Assembly: GCA_030390025.1 (NCBI GenBank)
Contig: CM059433.1
Coordinates: 7,566,001-7,630,000 of the forward strand
Origin: Squalus acanthias
Taxonomy: Eukaryota
DNA: 64,000 nt
Direction of reading: 5' to 3'
In this document: one piece after another, positions 27,044 to 39,578 of the stretch
Position numbering within the stretch: the stretch's first letter is position 1
How the letters are laid out: each line of letters starts with the position of its first letter
Notes under the pieces: generated by a model
Database searches by the model: none
Seen by the model: the letters and a program-made list of their open reading frames with translations, nothing else
Told to the model about the DNA's origin: nothing
Translations under genes and position numbers: made by a program

Positions 27044-27269
27044 GTAACGCGATTGGACTTCAGGCATTGTGAAGCCTCAGGCTCCCATACTCAGCGCAGA
27101 GTCGAGCCACGTAGACTTTCAGTACAACATGTAATCGATTGATCAATCATTTCATTCATTTAGTAACGGAAGATTTTACTATTTTACACTATATTTTGTG
27201 TATTTAAGATAGTATCTGACTACTATCTGAATTTATGTTTATGTTTATGCAATGTTTCCTCTAATTTTT

Positions 27270-27765
27270 TTTGGCAATGTCCACTCTATTTCCTGTGCCT
27301 CCTCTCTGACCTCTTCTTCCTTTCACAATAAAGGCAGGGTCTCCCAACTCATCAACTTCCACCCCACTGGCCTCCACGTTCGCCAGACCATTTTCTGCCT
27401 CCTGCAGCATAATCCCATCACCAAGCACACCTTTCCTGCTTTTTGGAAGGGCCTGTTCCCTCTGGGATACCATTGTTCATTCTTCCACCACCCTGATTTC
27501 CAGCTGCCCTTCTCCTCGTGCTTTCTGGTGCAACCATAGCAGATTCATTCACTTCTTGTCACACGTTCTGTCCAGGGTCCCAAACGTCTATTCCATTTGA
27601 AACAGTTATTTCCGTGCACTTCCTCCAGTCTTGTGTACATTTCAGACTTCCAGCATTTGCTGTTTTTCCCCCCCCCTTTTATCTAGTTTCTACTGTCTTC
27701 ACTGTTCATGGTGCAACCTTCTCCACACTGGGGAAACCAAACACAGATTGAGTGAACAAAGCAGC
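27270..27765 (+). mobile_element. Penelope-like element ORF remnant (RT-GIY-YIG linker and endonuclease)
   Basis: RVSQLINFHPTGLHVRQTI..LQHNPITKHTFP; decayed VYC.H..C...Y.GET-like segment at 27680-27760. Confidence 0.65.
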
Positions 27766-28329
27766 GTTCCTGTTCCGAGTGCTCAGTATTGCTGAGACAC
27801 AAAGGGGGCGATTTTCCCAGCCCCGAGGAGGCGGGTTTGGAGACGGGACAGTTGGCAAAATCGCAAAAAGTGAGGGCGGGTTCGGAACTCGCCTCCAACC
27901 CGCCTCCGCGCAATTTTGCCGGAGGCAGATTTGATGGGTGCGATTCGGTCCCGCCTCCATCAGTCGGGAGAGGTAGTTAAGACCCTTAAATAGTCGTTCA
28001 GAGCCTCTATAATCCTATTTTGACAGGCCTTTGTTATTTTGCCACATTTAGTGCGTGTTGCACGACCCTCCTAAACCACGCCAGCTGATGCTGGCGGGCT
28101 GACAAGTGGGTGGCCTCCTCACAGCTGCAGCTCCACCATTAAAACGGAGCTTTCATCAGGGAGCAGTTGCAGGTGGTAGAACTTTTGTTCCACATTCTTT
28201 CAGCACTTTTAGCAGGCCTACCGAAGTCGGAGGTGCTGCAGCTTCTACTTCTCAACTGTGGGACCTCCTTGAAAGACCCTCTCCCCACTTGGACTGAGCG
28301 CTTCCCCAATGGAGGTATCTGCCAGCAGC

Positions 28330-30916
28330 ATGGGAACCATATATTTCCTTTCACCATGGACCTCAGATTCGGATGAGGAGCAGCCACGGCAGCAGCAGAA
28401 CCAGGCAGCTCAGCAGCAACAGGGGAACCAGTGGACGTAGTGTATTTAGACTTCCAAAAGGCATTTGACAAGGTGCCACACAAAAGATTATTGCTTAAGG
28501 TAAAAAATCACGGAATTGGGGGTAATATTCTGGCATGGATAGAGGATTGGCTATCTAACAGAAAGCAAAGAGTTGGGATAAATGGTTCATTCTCAGACTG
28601 GCAATCAGTAACTAGTGGTGTTCCACAGGGGACAGTGCTGGGTCCCCAACTCTTCACAATCTATATTAACGATTTGGAGGAAGGGACCAAGTGTAACATA
28701 TCAAAATTTGCAGATGATACAAAGATGGGAGGGAAAGTAGTGAATGAGGAGGACATAAAAAACCTGCAAGGGGACATAGACAGGCTAAGTAAGTGGGCAG
28801 AGATTTGGCAGATGGAATACAACACTGGAAAGTGTGAGGTGATGCACTTTGGCAGGAAAAATCCTAGAGCAATTTATTATCTTAATGGCAAGAAACTGGA
28901 GAGTACTGAAGTGCAAAGGGATCTGGGGGTCCTGGTGCACGAAACTCAAAAGGTTAGTATGCAGGTGCAGCAAGTGATTAAGAAGGCAAATGGAATGTTG
29001 GCTTTCATTGCTAGGGGGATAGAATATAAAAATAGGGAGGTATTGCTTCAGTTGTACAAGGTATTGGTGAGACCGCACCTGGAATACTGCATACAGTTTT
29101 GGTGTCCTTACTTAAGGAAAGACATCCTTGCTCTCGAGGCAGTGCAAAAAAGGTTCATTCGGTTAATCCCGGGGATGAGGGGGTGGTCATATGAGGAGAG
29201 GTTGGGTAGATTGGGACTCTACTCATTGGAGTTCAGAAGAATGAGAGGCGATCTTATTGAAACATATAAGATTGTGAAGGGGTTGGATCGGGTGGATGCG
29301 GGGAGGATGTTCCCGATGACGGGTGAGACGAGAACTAGGGGACATAGTCTTAGAATAAGGGGCTGCTCTTTCAAAACTGAGATGAGGAGGAACTACTTCA
29401 CTCAGAGGGTGGTAGGTCCATGGAATATGCTGCCACAAAAAGCTGTAGAAGCTACAACATTAATTAAATTTAAAACAGAAATAGACAGTTTCCTAGAAGT
29501 AAAGGGCATTAAGGGTTACGGGGAGCGGGCAGGAATTTGGACATGAGTCTAGGTTCGGATCGGTCATGGCCCTGTGGGTAGTGGAGCGGGCCCAGGGACT
29601 GTGTAGCCTGATTCTGCTCCTATTTCGTGTGTGCAATTCTGTTAGATGCAGGAGATGGTTCTGTGATAGATAGTAGATTGGCGGTTAGGATCAGATCAGC
29701 CATGATCTTATTGAATGGCGGAGCAGGCTCGAGGGGCCGATTGGCCTACTCCTGCTCCTATTTCTTATGTTCTTATGTTCTTATGTAACAGCAGCAGGAG
29801 CGCCAACCTCCTGCTCACCCACCTGATGCTGCACAGGGCAGAATGCGCCAGCGCATGGAAGCATGTCACCACAGGAGATACCCCCAACACAGGGTTTACA
29901 GACAGAGGATGAGCTACCTCAACATGACTGAGCAGCAGTGCCAAAGGAGGCTGAGACTTTCGCAAGAGGTTGCCGGAGACATCTGCGCAATGCTGCACCA
30001 ACACCTGGAGCCCAGAGGAGCGGGTGGACATCCCTTACCAGTGGCTGTCAAAGTCACCACTGCACTCAACATTTTTGCCTCAGGCTCCTTCCAGGGATCA
30101 TCAGCAGAAATCAGCGGCATCTCCCAATCGGCCGCCCACAGTTGCATCATGCAGGTTTCCGATGCCCTTTTCGCAAAGGCGCACAATTACATCCACTTCT
30201 CAAGGGATCAAGCAAGTGTAACCGCACATTCAGTTGGCTTTGCAAATATGGCAGGCTTGCCAATGGTGCAGGGCATCATAGACGGCACACATGTGGCCCT
30301 TAGGGCACCCCATCAAAACCCAGCTATCTTTGTCAACCGCAAGGGCTTCCACTCCCTCAGCATACAGCTGGTGTGTAACCACAAGGAGATTTTGCATGTT
30401 TGCGCCAAGTTCTGTGGTAGTTGCCATGACTCTTTCATCCTGCGGAACTCTAGTGTTCCTCCGCTCTTCAATCCGCCAAACCAACTTAACGGATGGCTCC
30501 TTGGTGACAAGGGCTACCCCCTGAAGAAGTGGCTAATGACGCCGATCAGGAGACCAGCTAACGAGGCTGAGGAGCGCTACAATGCCAGCCACATTTTGAC
30601 CAGGTCCATCATCGAGCAAACCATTGGCTTGCTGAAGATGCGATTCTGATGCCTTGACAGATCAGGTGGAGCCCTGCAGTATTCAGCAGCCAGGGTCTCC
30701 AGAATGGTCGTGGTCTGCTGTGCACTGCACAACATGGCACAGCGTCGTGGCTTGCAACTTCCTGATGAGCAAGTGGCTCAGTTCATAGCCTCCTCAGATG
30801 AGGAGGAGGAGGAGGAGGACCGAGCGGCGGCGTATCTACCAGCAGCAGCGGTAGCACGCGAGCACATGGCTGCCTGTGATGCAAGGGATGCAGTCATCCT
30901 GGCCAGATTTACATAG
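28330..30916 (+). pseudogene. Harbinger transposase, nearly complete
   Basis: [43 protein letters not shown]1 insertion in the Q-rich N-terminus and TGA at 30647. Confidence 0.93.
28423..29786 (+). mobile_element. CR1 LINE, 5'-truncated, open 371-codon ORF2 part
   Basis: ORF 28431-29546; (TTCTTATG)n tail; AACAG TSD at 28418-28422 and 29787-29791. Confidence 0.96.
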
Positions 30917-31128
30917 GTTGCCCATTGTGGCACATGTGCTTGGCTCCTTCTTAACACATGATAGACAATGGACATGACTCTCTGGCCTCCTTTCACTCTG
31001 ACCACCAACCTGACCACGCAAGTGTCGCGGAGCCCGCAATGAGGAGCTGCCTAAGCCGAAATAACAGATGCCATCTGCCAACAGTTTGCCATCACCTAAT
31101 TTTGATACATTCACACAGGGATGGCATT

Positions 31129-31332
31129 TCAGAAACAATCACCCAATCTGCACACAGATCTGGAGGTTATATCCCTTGCCAGCTGGACCCACACAGCCTT
31201 GGTTTCTTTGGGAGGCCTCTTCCTCCCAGATAAGGGGAAGAACACCTCCCTGCTAGCTCTCGCCCCCTCAACCAGCATACCCAGCGCCTCATCTGAGAAC
31301 CTCGGGGAGGCCCTTGCCTTGGAGCTGGCCAT
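31129..31332 (-). pseudogene. Harbinger Myb/SANT N-terminus, truncated
   Basis: RASPRFSDEALGMLVEG..REVFFP..KAVWVQLA. Confidence 0.85.
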
Positions 31333-31857
31333 TCTTCAAGGAGATAAAAGTTTGGAGGTGGTGCACCATCGACCAAAAACCAGTGGAATGAGCCAAGGCA
31401 GCAAGCAGCCCTTACAGAAGCTGGATAAGTGACGTCAGCAGAGGCGAGTATCAGTCCCGAAAGACTAATTAGCTCAGGGGAACCCACATCTCTGAAAGTA
31501 ACTGGCCAATTCGGGGAAAATCGCAAATTTTTCCCACCTGACAGTGGAGGCGGGTTTGGAATCCACCCAAACCAAAACCCGCCTCCAACGGGAAAATCGC
31601 ACTCAAATAATGGGGAAATAGGTTATAAAATGTAATCTCATCATTTGTGTTGAATTCCAGCACGTTGGCCCCTGTTGGGGAGGATGTATTCTATGTTCCC
31701 CATCACATCTGATGGAACATTTCAGAGGTGGTGGGGGACTGGGAGAGTGACTCCCTGAGTGATCTGCCATTACACTTATAATTACACTGGGGTACTTGTG
31801 TAACTCCAGCAGAAAATCCTGTCCCTGTTGTATAATTGCAACATTACCTGTTTTAAA

Positions 31858-32367
31858 CATGCCATAGAGGGAGTGCAACGAAGATTCATCAGACTGGTTC
31901 CTGGGATGAGGGGATTGTCCTATGAGGAGAGATTGAGTAGACTAGGCCTATATTCTCTAGAGTTTAGAAGAATGAGAGGTGATCTCATTGAAACATACAA
32001 AATTCTTACAGGGCTTGACAGGGTAGATGCAGGGAGGATGTTTCCCCTGGCTGGGGAGTCTAGAACCAGGGGTCACAGTCTCAGAATAAGGGGGTCGGCC
32101 ATTTAGGACTGCGATGAGGAGAAATTTTTTCACTCAGAGGGTGGTGAATCTTTGGAATTCTCTACCCCAGAGGGCTGTGGAGGCTCAGTCATTGAGTATA
32201 TTCAAGACAGAGATCGATAGATTTTTGAATATTAAGGGAATCAAGGGATATGGGGATAGTTCAGGAAAGTGGAGATGAGGTAGAAGATCAGCCATGATCT
32301 TATTGAATGGCGGAGCAGGCTCGAAGGGCCAAATGGCCCACTCCTGCTCCTATTTCGTATGTTCTTA
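31858..32367 (+). mobile_element. CR1 3' fragment
   Basis: AIEGVQRRFIRLVPG..; 3' UTR. Confidence 0.95.
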
Positions 32368-33237
32368 AATTCAAATTTCCAGCATTTTGGAATTTTTATT
32401 TTATGTTGGAAAAAAAAGACCAAGTGCACGAAGAGAAAAAAACAACTGAAGAATTGCCAGTAAAACTAAGAGTGGAATCTTTTGCAGGCTAATTTACTAA
32501 TGTATATAACCTTGCAATAAGGTCAGCGCCCTCATTAGTATATTTCTTTTAAGAGTGACTGCCATTAAAGTGTTCTTATATCTTCAATTATGTCAGTGCT
32601 TCAACAGGGTCTATTACAGATGAATTCCACTCATTAATTCCACGCGATGTTGACCTCTTAGAATTGCCTCCTGTACACACAACCAATTTTTGTAATTGTT
32701 TTGGTGGATTTACATGCATTAGCGAAAATTATTTCATATTATTTTGTTTTGTTCAGATGGTTATTTCTACATAATAGATTGTAGATACCTTTTTGTTACT
32801 GTAGTTATTCCATTTTATACAGTAATTGGATTATAGCTCATTTACTCAAGAATAATGAATTAATGAGCATGTCAAATCTGATGAGGTGTAAGTTTTGTCT
32901 AAATATGGTATTAATATTTTCACTGTATATGGGCTGTCTACCTACAATGATTATATTTTTAGAGTTGAAGTTTTAGTGTATGCAGAGCAGCATCTATCAC
33001 AATCTTATGACAACAACCTACACCATTACTACGGCGTATTTTTAAGATCCTCATGTCGCATCTCACCGGAAGAGCAAGTTTTGTTGCACAAAATGTAATT
33101 TGCACTCTGAAACTTAGAGCAATTCCCTCACCCCCAATTTTTAAAATAAGTTTTATTGTCTTTCCTCTTCAGGTCTCTTTGCACCGCACCGCATTCCCTG
33201 GTAAAAGGTCAGGCAGGTCATCTGTTCCCAGGCCTCT

Positions 33238-35505
33238 ACATATACCTAAGGAAGGATATACTTGCCATAGAGGGAGTGCAACGAAGGTTCACCAGACTGG
33301 TTCCTGGGATTGGGGGGATTGTCCTATGAGGAGAGATTGAGTAGACTAGGCCTATATTCTCTAGAGTTTAGATGAATGAGAGGTGATCTCATTGAAACAC
33401 ACAAAATTCTTACAGGGCTTGACAGGGTAGATGCAGGGAGGATGTTTCCCCTGGTTAGTGAGTCTAGAACCAGGGGTCACAGTCTCAGAATAAGGGGGTC
33501 GGCCATTTAGGACTGAGATGAGGAGAAATTTCTTCACTCAGAGGGTGGTGAATCTTTGGAATTCTCTACCCCAGAGGGCTGTGGAGGCTCAGTCGTTGAG
33601 TATATTCAAGACAGAGATCGATATACTTTGGGTCAGTCTTTACGAAGAAAGACACAAAAAACCTCCCTGGGATATCGGGAAAAATAGGGACATTGGCAAA
33701 GGAGGAACTGACGCAAATCAATATCTCTAAGGATATGGTGTTAAGGAAGCTAAAGGGATTGAAGGCGGACAAATCCCCAGGGCCTGATAACATGCATCCT
33801 AGGGTACTGAAGGAGGTGGCCCTAGAGATAGCGGATGCACTAAGTATGATTTTTCAGAATTCATTAGACTCGGGAACAGTGCCCATGGATTGGAGGGTAG
33901 CTAACGTTACCCCACTATTCAAAAAGGGGGGTAGGGAAAAAGCAGGTAATTACAGACCTGTAAGCCTTACATCAGTTGTGGGCAAAATGCTGGAGTCCAT
34001 CATTAAGGATGAAATAGCGGAGCACTTAGCAAATGGGGACAGGATAGGACAGAGTCAACATGGATTTACAAAGGGTAAATCGTGCTTGACTAATCTATTG
34101 GAATTTTTTGAGGGAGTAACTGGTAAAATAGATGGGGGAGAGCCAGTAGATGTGGTGTACCTGGACTTCCAAAAGGCCTTCGACAAGGTCCCACATAAAA
34201 GATTAGCATGGAAAATTGAAGCTCATGGGATAAAGGGGAAAGTATTGACGTGGATAGAGAACTGGCTGTCAGATAGAAAACAGAGAGTTGGAATAAACGG
34301 CTCATTTTCTGAATGGCAGGCAGTAACAAGTGGGGTACCACAGGGATCTGTCCTGGGTCCCCAGCTGTTCACAATTTACATTAATGACCTGGATCAGGGA
34401 GTCGGATGCAGCATTTCCAAATTTGCAGACGACACTAAACTAGGAGGGGGGGTGGGCTCAGAGGAGGAGACCAGGAAGCTCCAGAGCGATTTGGACAGAC
34501 TGGGTGATTGGGCGGATAAATGGCAGATGCACTATAATGTGGACAAGTGCGAAGTTATCCACCTTGGGTGCAGGAACGGGAGGGCAAATTATTATTTAAA
34601 TGGCAATAAATTGGGAGAGGGGGAAGTACAGAGAGACCTGGGTGTTCTTGTACACCAGTCACTGAAGGCGAGCATGCAGGTGCAACAGGCGGTCAAGAAG
34701 GCAAACGGTATGCTGGCCTTCATAGCAAAAGGGTTGGAATACAGGAACAGGGATACCTTGCTGCAGCTGTACAGGGCACTGGTGAGACCACACCTCGAGT
34801 ACTGTGTACAGTTTTGGTCGCCTCATCTGAGGAAAGATGTTCTTGCCATGGAGGGGGTGCAGCGGCGATTCACCAGGCTGATACCAGGAATGGCGGGATT
34901 GACCTATGAGGAGAGACTATGTAGTTTAGGGATGTACACACTGGAGTTTAGAAGATTGAGAGGGGACCTCATAGAAGTGTATAAAATTCTGACAGGTCTA
35001 GACAGACTAGATGCAGAAGGAATGTTTCCCTTGGCGGGTGAGAACAGAACTAGAGGACATAATTTAAGGATAAGGGCTAAACCATTTAGGACAGAAATGA
35101 GAGGGAATTTCTTCACTCAGAGGGTGGTGAACCTGTGGAACTCATTGCCACAGAGGGCAGTGTACGCCAGCTCATTAAATATATTTAAGAGGGAATTAGA
35201 TATATTTCTACAGGCAAAAGGGGTTAAGGGTTACGGAGAGAAGGCGGGGACGGGATACTGAATTGGAGGATCAGCCATGATCTCATTAAATGGCGGAGCA
35301 GGCTCGAAGGGCCGGATGGCCTACTCCTGCTCCTATCTTAAAAAAAAAGAGATAGAATTTTGAATATTAAGGGAATCAAGGGATATGGGGATAGTGCAGG
35401 AAAGTGGAGATGAAGTAAAAGATCAGCCATGATCTTATTGAATGGTGGAGCAGGCTCGAAGGGCCAAATGGCCCACGACTGCTCCTATTTCTTATGTTCT
35501 TATAT
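33238..35505 (+). mobile_element. CR1 3' fragment split by a younger CR1
   Basis: 33238-33623 and 35351-35505 rejoin to match 31858-32367. Confidence 0.9.
33624..35350 (+). mobile_element. Young CR1 LINE with uninterrupted 522-codon ORF2 (RT) segment
   Basis: ORF 33693-35261 with all RT motifs (FADD); GATA TSD at 33620-33623 and 35351-35354. Confidence 0.96.
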
Positions 35506-35814
35506 ACGTTTTGACTGGAGCCAAAAGTGACTCACTTTCCATTTACTCTTCCTCCTCCCCCCAACCCCCCACCCTTTCACTGGGTGAGGAGGGTCCAGCC
35601 TTGGCTTGGTGTGTCCTCTCGGTGGTGCTGCTGAGATGTCGCTGACATCAGATTCTTCCAGTGTACATACCTGGTTTCAAATAAATCTGCCTGAATATTA
35701 TGCACAGTCTTGCTATTTTCTTTCATTAAGAACCATGATGAAACGTTTAACTGCCACTTGCTGGGCTATACAAGAGTAGTAAAAGCCTCGGGTATTTAAA
35801 GCACCGGTGAGATT

Positions 35815-37300
35815 TCTGTGTGGTGCCCAGAATTGGACACAATACTCCAGCTGGGGCCTAACCAGTGTAATATAAAGGTTTAGCATAACTTCCTTGCTTT
35901 TGTACTCTGTGGGCTGGATTTTGAAACTGGGGACGGGATGGAGGCGGGACTCCCACTTTTTGGGTTGTAGTCCCGCCTCCATCGACTTGTGGCCAACCCA
36001 CTGTATTTTCACTTGATTGACCTTGTTGAGCCCGCCCAGCGGGCTCAGCAGGCCAGTTAAGGGCCACCCGGCAACAGGTGATGTCACAGATTGACATTTC
36101 ATCCGTCAAGAGCTTTTGACAGATGAAATATCAGTGTTTGACAGCTCTTTGAAGCTGTCAAACACTGACAATCTGTACTCTAAGTTAATTCCTTCCTCTC
36201 AGGCTGATTTAGAGATCTCTGCAGAACAAAAAGCAGAGGCTGCAGCTTTTGACAGCTCCGCGGCCATTCTGCTTTCTGTGCCGGTGAGATTTCTGACTCC
36301 CGAGACCTGAAGGGCTGACACCTGCAGGAGGAAGTTAAGGTAAGTAAAGCTTTTTTCCACACTTTACACTTATCTTACACACTTACCTCTGCACACATGC
36401 ACCCATCACTCACCTGCCCACCGGACATATCGACCCCTCCAACCCCTGCAGACCCACGGTCCGCCTCGCTGAAATGGCGTGGTTGGGACCTGTCGGAGAG
36501 CCCACATTTCAGGCATAAAAATAGGGATTAGGCAAAAAACTGCCTGTTAACTACCTGTTAACAGGCAGTTTATTGCCACTAATCCCCTTCCCGCTGCGGG
36601 GAGGTGGGTCTCAGCACAGGTCGCGTACCCGCCTCCAGCGAAACTGGCATGGAGGCGGATTGGGGGCGGGATGGGGTCGGGACCCCCGATTCAGCTATTT
36701 TCAATCCAGTCCCGCCTTCATGGCTCAATGAAAATTCTGCCCTGTGCCTCTATTTATAAAGCCAAGGATCCCATATGCCTTTTTAACAGCCTTCTCAACT
36801 TGTCCTGTCACCTTCAAAGACTTATGTAGTTAAACCCCCGGTCTCTCTGTTCCTCCAACCCCTTTAAAATTATACCATTTAGTTTATATTGCCTCTCCTC
36901 ATTTTTCCTACCAAAATGCATCACTTTACACTTCTCTGCGTTAAATTGCATCTGCCGTGTGTCTGCCCATTTCACCAGTTCATCTATGTCCTCCTGAAGT
37001 CTGTTACTATCCTCCTCACTGTTTACTACATTTCCGAGTTTTGTGTTATCTGCAAACTTTGAAATTATGCCCTGTATACCCAAGTCCAGGTCATTAATAT
37101 ATATCAAAAAGAGCAGTGGTCCCAACACCAACCCCTGGGGGACACCACTGCACACTTCCCTCTAGTTTGAAAAACAACTGTTCACCACTACCCCCTGCTT
37201 TCTGTCGCTTAGCCAGTTTCGTATCCACGCAGCCACTGCCCTTTTAATCCCATGGGCTTCAATTTTGCTAACATGTCTATTATGTGGTACTTTGTCAAAT
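35815..37300 (-). mobile_element. CR1 internal fragment split by a MITE
   Basis: FDKVPHNR, GVPQGLVLGP, KFADNTK, LVRPQLEYCVQFWAP. Confidence 0.92.
35911..36742. mobile_element. Harbinger-type MITE
   Basis: TIR GGGCTGGATTTTGA / TGAAAATTCTGCCC; TGT TSD; internal hairpins at 36092-36168. Confidence 0.88.
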
Positions 37301-38039
37301 GGTTGCGGGAATGTCTGTGGCCAAGAAAACATACTACTGTATACTTTCTGGTCATGCCACCTATTATCCAGCTGGTCTAAGCTGCAGTCCGGGTGGTCCA
37401 AAAACCACAACTGACCTTAGAATCCTTGTGGGCCCAGCCCGATGCCTGCTAGACATACTTAATGGAGACCGAGCTCCTCCTCATAACAGTTTAGCTGCAA
37501 AAAAAGATATAAGCCTTATGTGGCAGAGTGCAATCATCCTCACAACAAACGTGGGTATAGCACCCATAGTACTGTCACAATTTTCAGGTTTCTGCATGTT
37601 CTCTCGGGTACAGTGTCACCAGTCATTCCCGTAAGGAGATCTTTTGTCCCCTACGATCTGGAGTGCAACTTTTCCTGCCTAATATCTAATTAAACAATAA
37701 CATGACCCAGATATCGTAACAGAGAACCCTTACTCCATACACTGGCTACTGAAATACGATACGTGAATAGATTCAAATCTGGCTCCCATGATGTCATTTG
37801 GACCCTGATGCTATTTTAACATAGCCGCCCGCCCAGTGGCCAACCCGCTCAGTAAAATTCATGGGATTGGCTTCAGAAACCGACTGATATCACTGGAAGA
37901 ACTATTTAATGGGGCACTCACCTGCAGTCATCTGGATCATTAGGATGTCTGTGCTTTTGTGATTAGTGGATTGCCAAGGCATTTCAGAGCTTGGAGATCG
38001 CTTCTTTTTGATTTGTTTGCCGTACTCCCCCTGACTCCC

Positions 38040-38425
38040 AGCGCCTCGTTTTCAAAATTCTCATCCTTGTTTTCGAATCCCTCCATGGCCTCGCCCCTCC
38101 CTATCTCTGTAATCTCCTTCAGCCCCACAACCCCCCCGAGATATCTGCGCTCCTCTAATTCTGCCCTCGAGCATCCCTGATTATAATCGCTCAACCATTG
38201 GTGGCCGAGCCTACTGTTGCCTCGGGCCCTAAGCTCTGGAATTCCCTGCCTAAAGCTCTCCGCCTCGCTCCCTCTCTTTCCTCCTTTAAGATGCTCCTTA
38301 AAACCTACCTCTTTGACCAAGCTTTTGCAAATTTTTTTGTCTTAAAATACTCCTGTGCAGCGCCTTGGGACGTATTGCTACATTAAAGGCACTGTATAAA
38401 TACAAGTTGTTGTTGTTGTTGTTGA
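38040..38425 (+). mobile_element. L2 3' fragment
   Basis: Matches the reverse complement of 14474-14900; (TTG)n tail. Confidence 0.92.
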
Positions 38426-38429
38426 CTAA

Positions 38430-38600
38430 GTATTTTCAGCTTATCACTTTTGTTTCTTTAGTGTGGATGAAGGAATGGTTGGAGTATGCGGAGAAGCAGC
38501 CTCAGCAACGAGGACATACAGCAGCTAGGAGGGAGGGGCAGCTCGTAGAAGGCCTTACTCAGCATTCAGGGTCTTTAGGCCAAGTCACTTTCCCGAGACC
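38430..38600 (+). mobile_element. Harbinger transposase N-terminal remnant
   Basis: Q-rich stretch then GTAGAAGGCCTTAC..AGGGTCTTTAGG (RRPY..RVFR-like). Confidence 0.45.
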
Positions 38601-39578
38601 CGGTTCAATGAAGCCCCCCCCCAGTCTCAAAATGCCTGACGTGCATAGCTCTGGCAGGCACGCACATTTCCATGGCTTGCTGCTCCAAGCTCACTCAGGG
38701 TCATGAGGTTAGCTGAAATAAAAATAGAAAATGTTGGAAACACTCAGCAGGTCGGGCTGCATCTGTGGGGAAAGGCACAGAGTTAACTTGTCCCACTGGT
38801 GTGTGAGACACGCTCCTGTGGCGGAAATTGGCACAGAGCCCTTCCGAAAGTGGTAATGAAGCTCCCGCCTGGTTCTAACAGGAGTGCTGGCCGCCAAAAT
38901 CGTGGCCCGCACAAAAATTACAATAGGTGGGCTTCCGGCAGTAACTTGTCACTGTTTTTTTCCCGATCTTCATCTTACTCCCGCCCCGTTTCATGCCCAA
39001 AAGGGGCTGGAAGGGAAATGACAATCACTCCGTAGAATTTTACAGCACAGAAAGAGACCTTTTAACCCATCACATGAGCAGGGAATAAAAACAGAAAATG
39101 TTGTTTGTTTGATCATACCGTACGCAGATCGGTGCTGTGTTGGCCTATACAAAAACTATACTCCAACAGTGATTCATTTGCTGGGAAGCATTTTGGGACA
39201 TCCTGAAGACGGGAAAGGTGCTATACAAATACAAGTCATTTCTTGTGAACTGATAACGACAGTAATCCTAACCATTCTACACTCACAAAACAAAAACTCG
39301 CTCGCTGTCACATCTAACGCTCTGCCAGAGTTATGGCAGCCCAGTGGCAAATGCGGGATACCTGGATTGAAGGCATACTGATTTAACCATCTCAAATAAG
39401 CAATTTTTATTTTGAAGTAACTTCAAGAGGAATAAGGGTGAGTCAATATCATTGAAAGAAACCTTAGAACTGAGTTCTGATGAAGGGTGATACTTAAACA
39501 TTAATCAGTCTTTTCCTCTCTTGGACGCTATTCGACCTGCTGTGCATTTCAAACATTCTTTAAACCGGGAAACACATT

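Larger units (their letters stand above)
27804..31604. mobile_element. PIF/Harbinger DNA transposon with nested CR1
   Basis: TIR GGGGGCGATTTTCCC / GGGAAAATCGCACTC; AAA TSD at 27801-27803 and 31605-31607; transposase (+), truncated Myb (-). Confidence 0.92.

Noticed and set aside
26915..27142. Functional TPP2 CDS
   Set aside because: Frameshift after the likely ATG, substitutions at conserved sites, and no further exons seen.
29843..30649. Domesticated HARBI1 gene
   Set aside because: It lies within TIRs and a TSD, has a stop and a CR1 insertion, and has several decayed relatives nearby.
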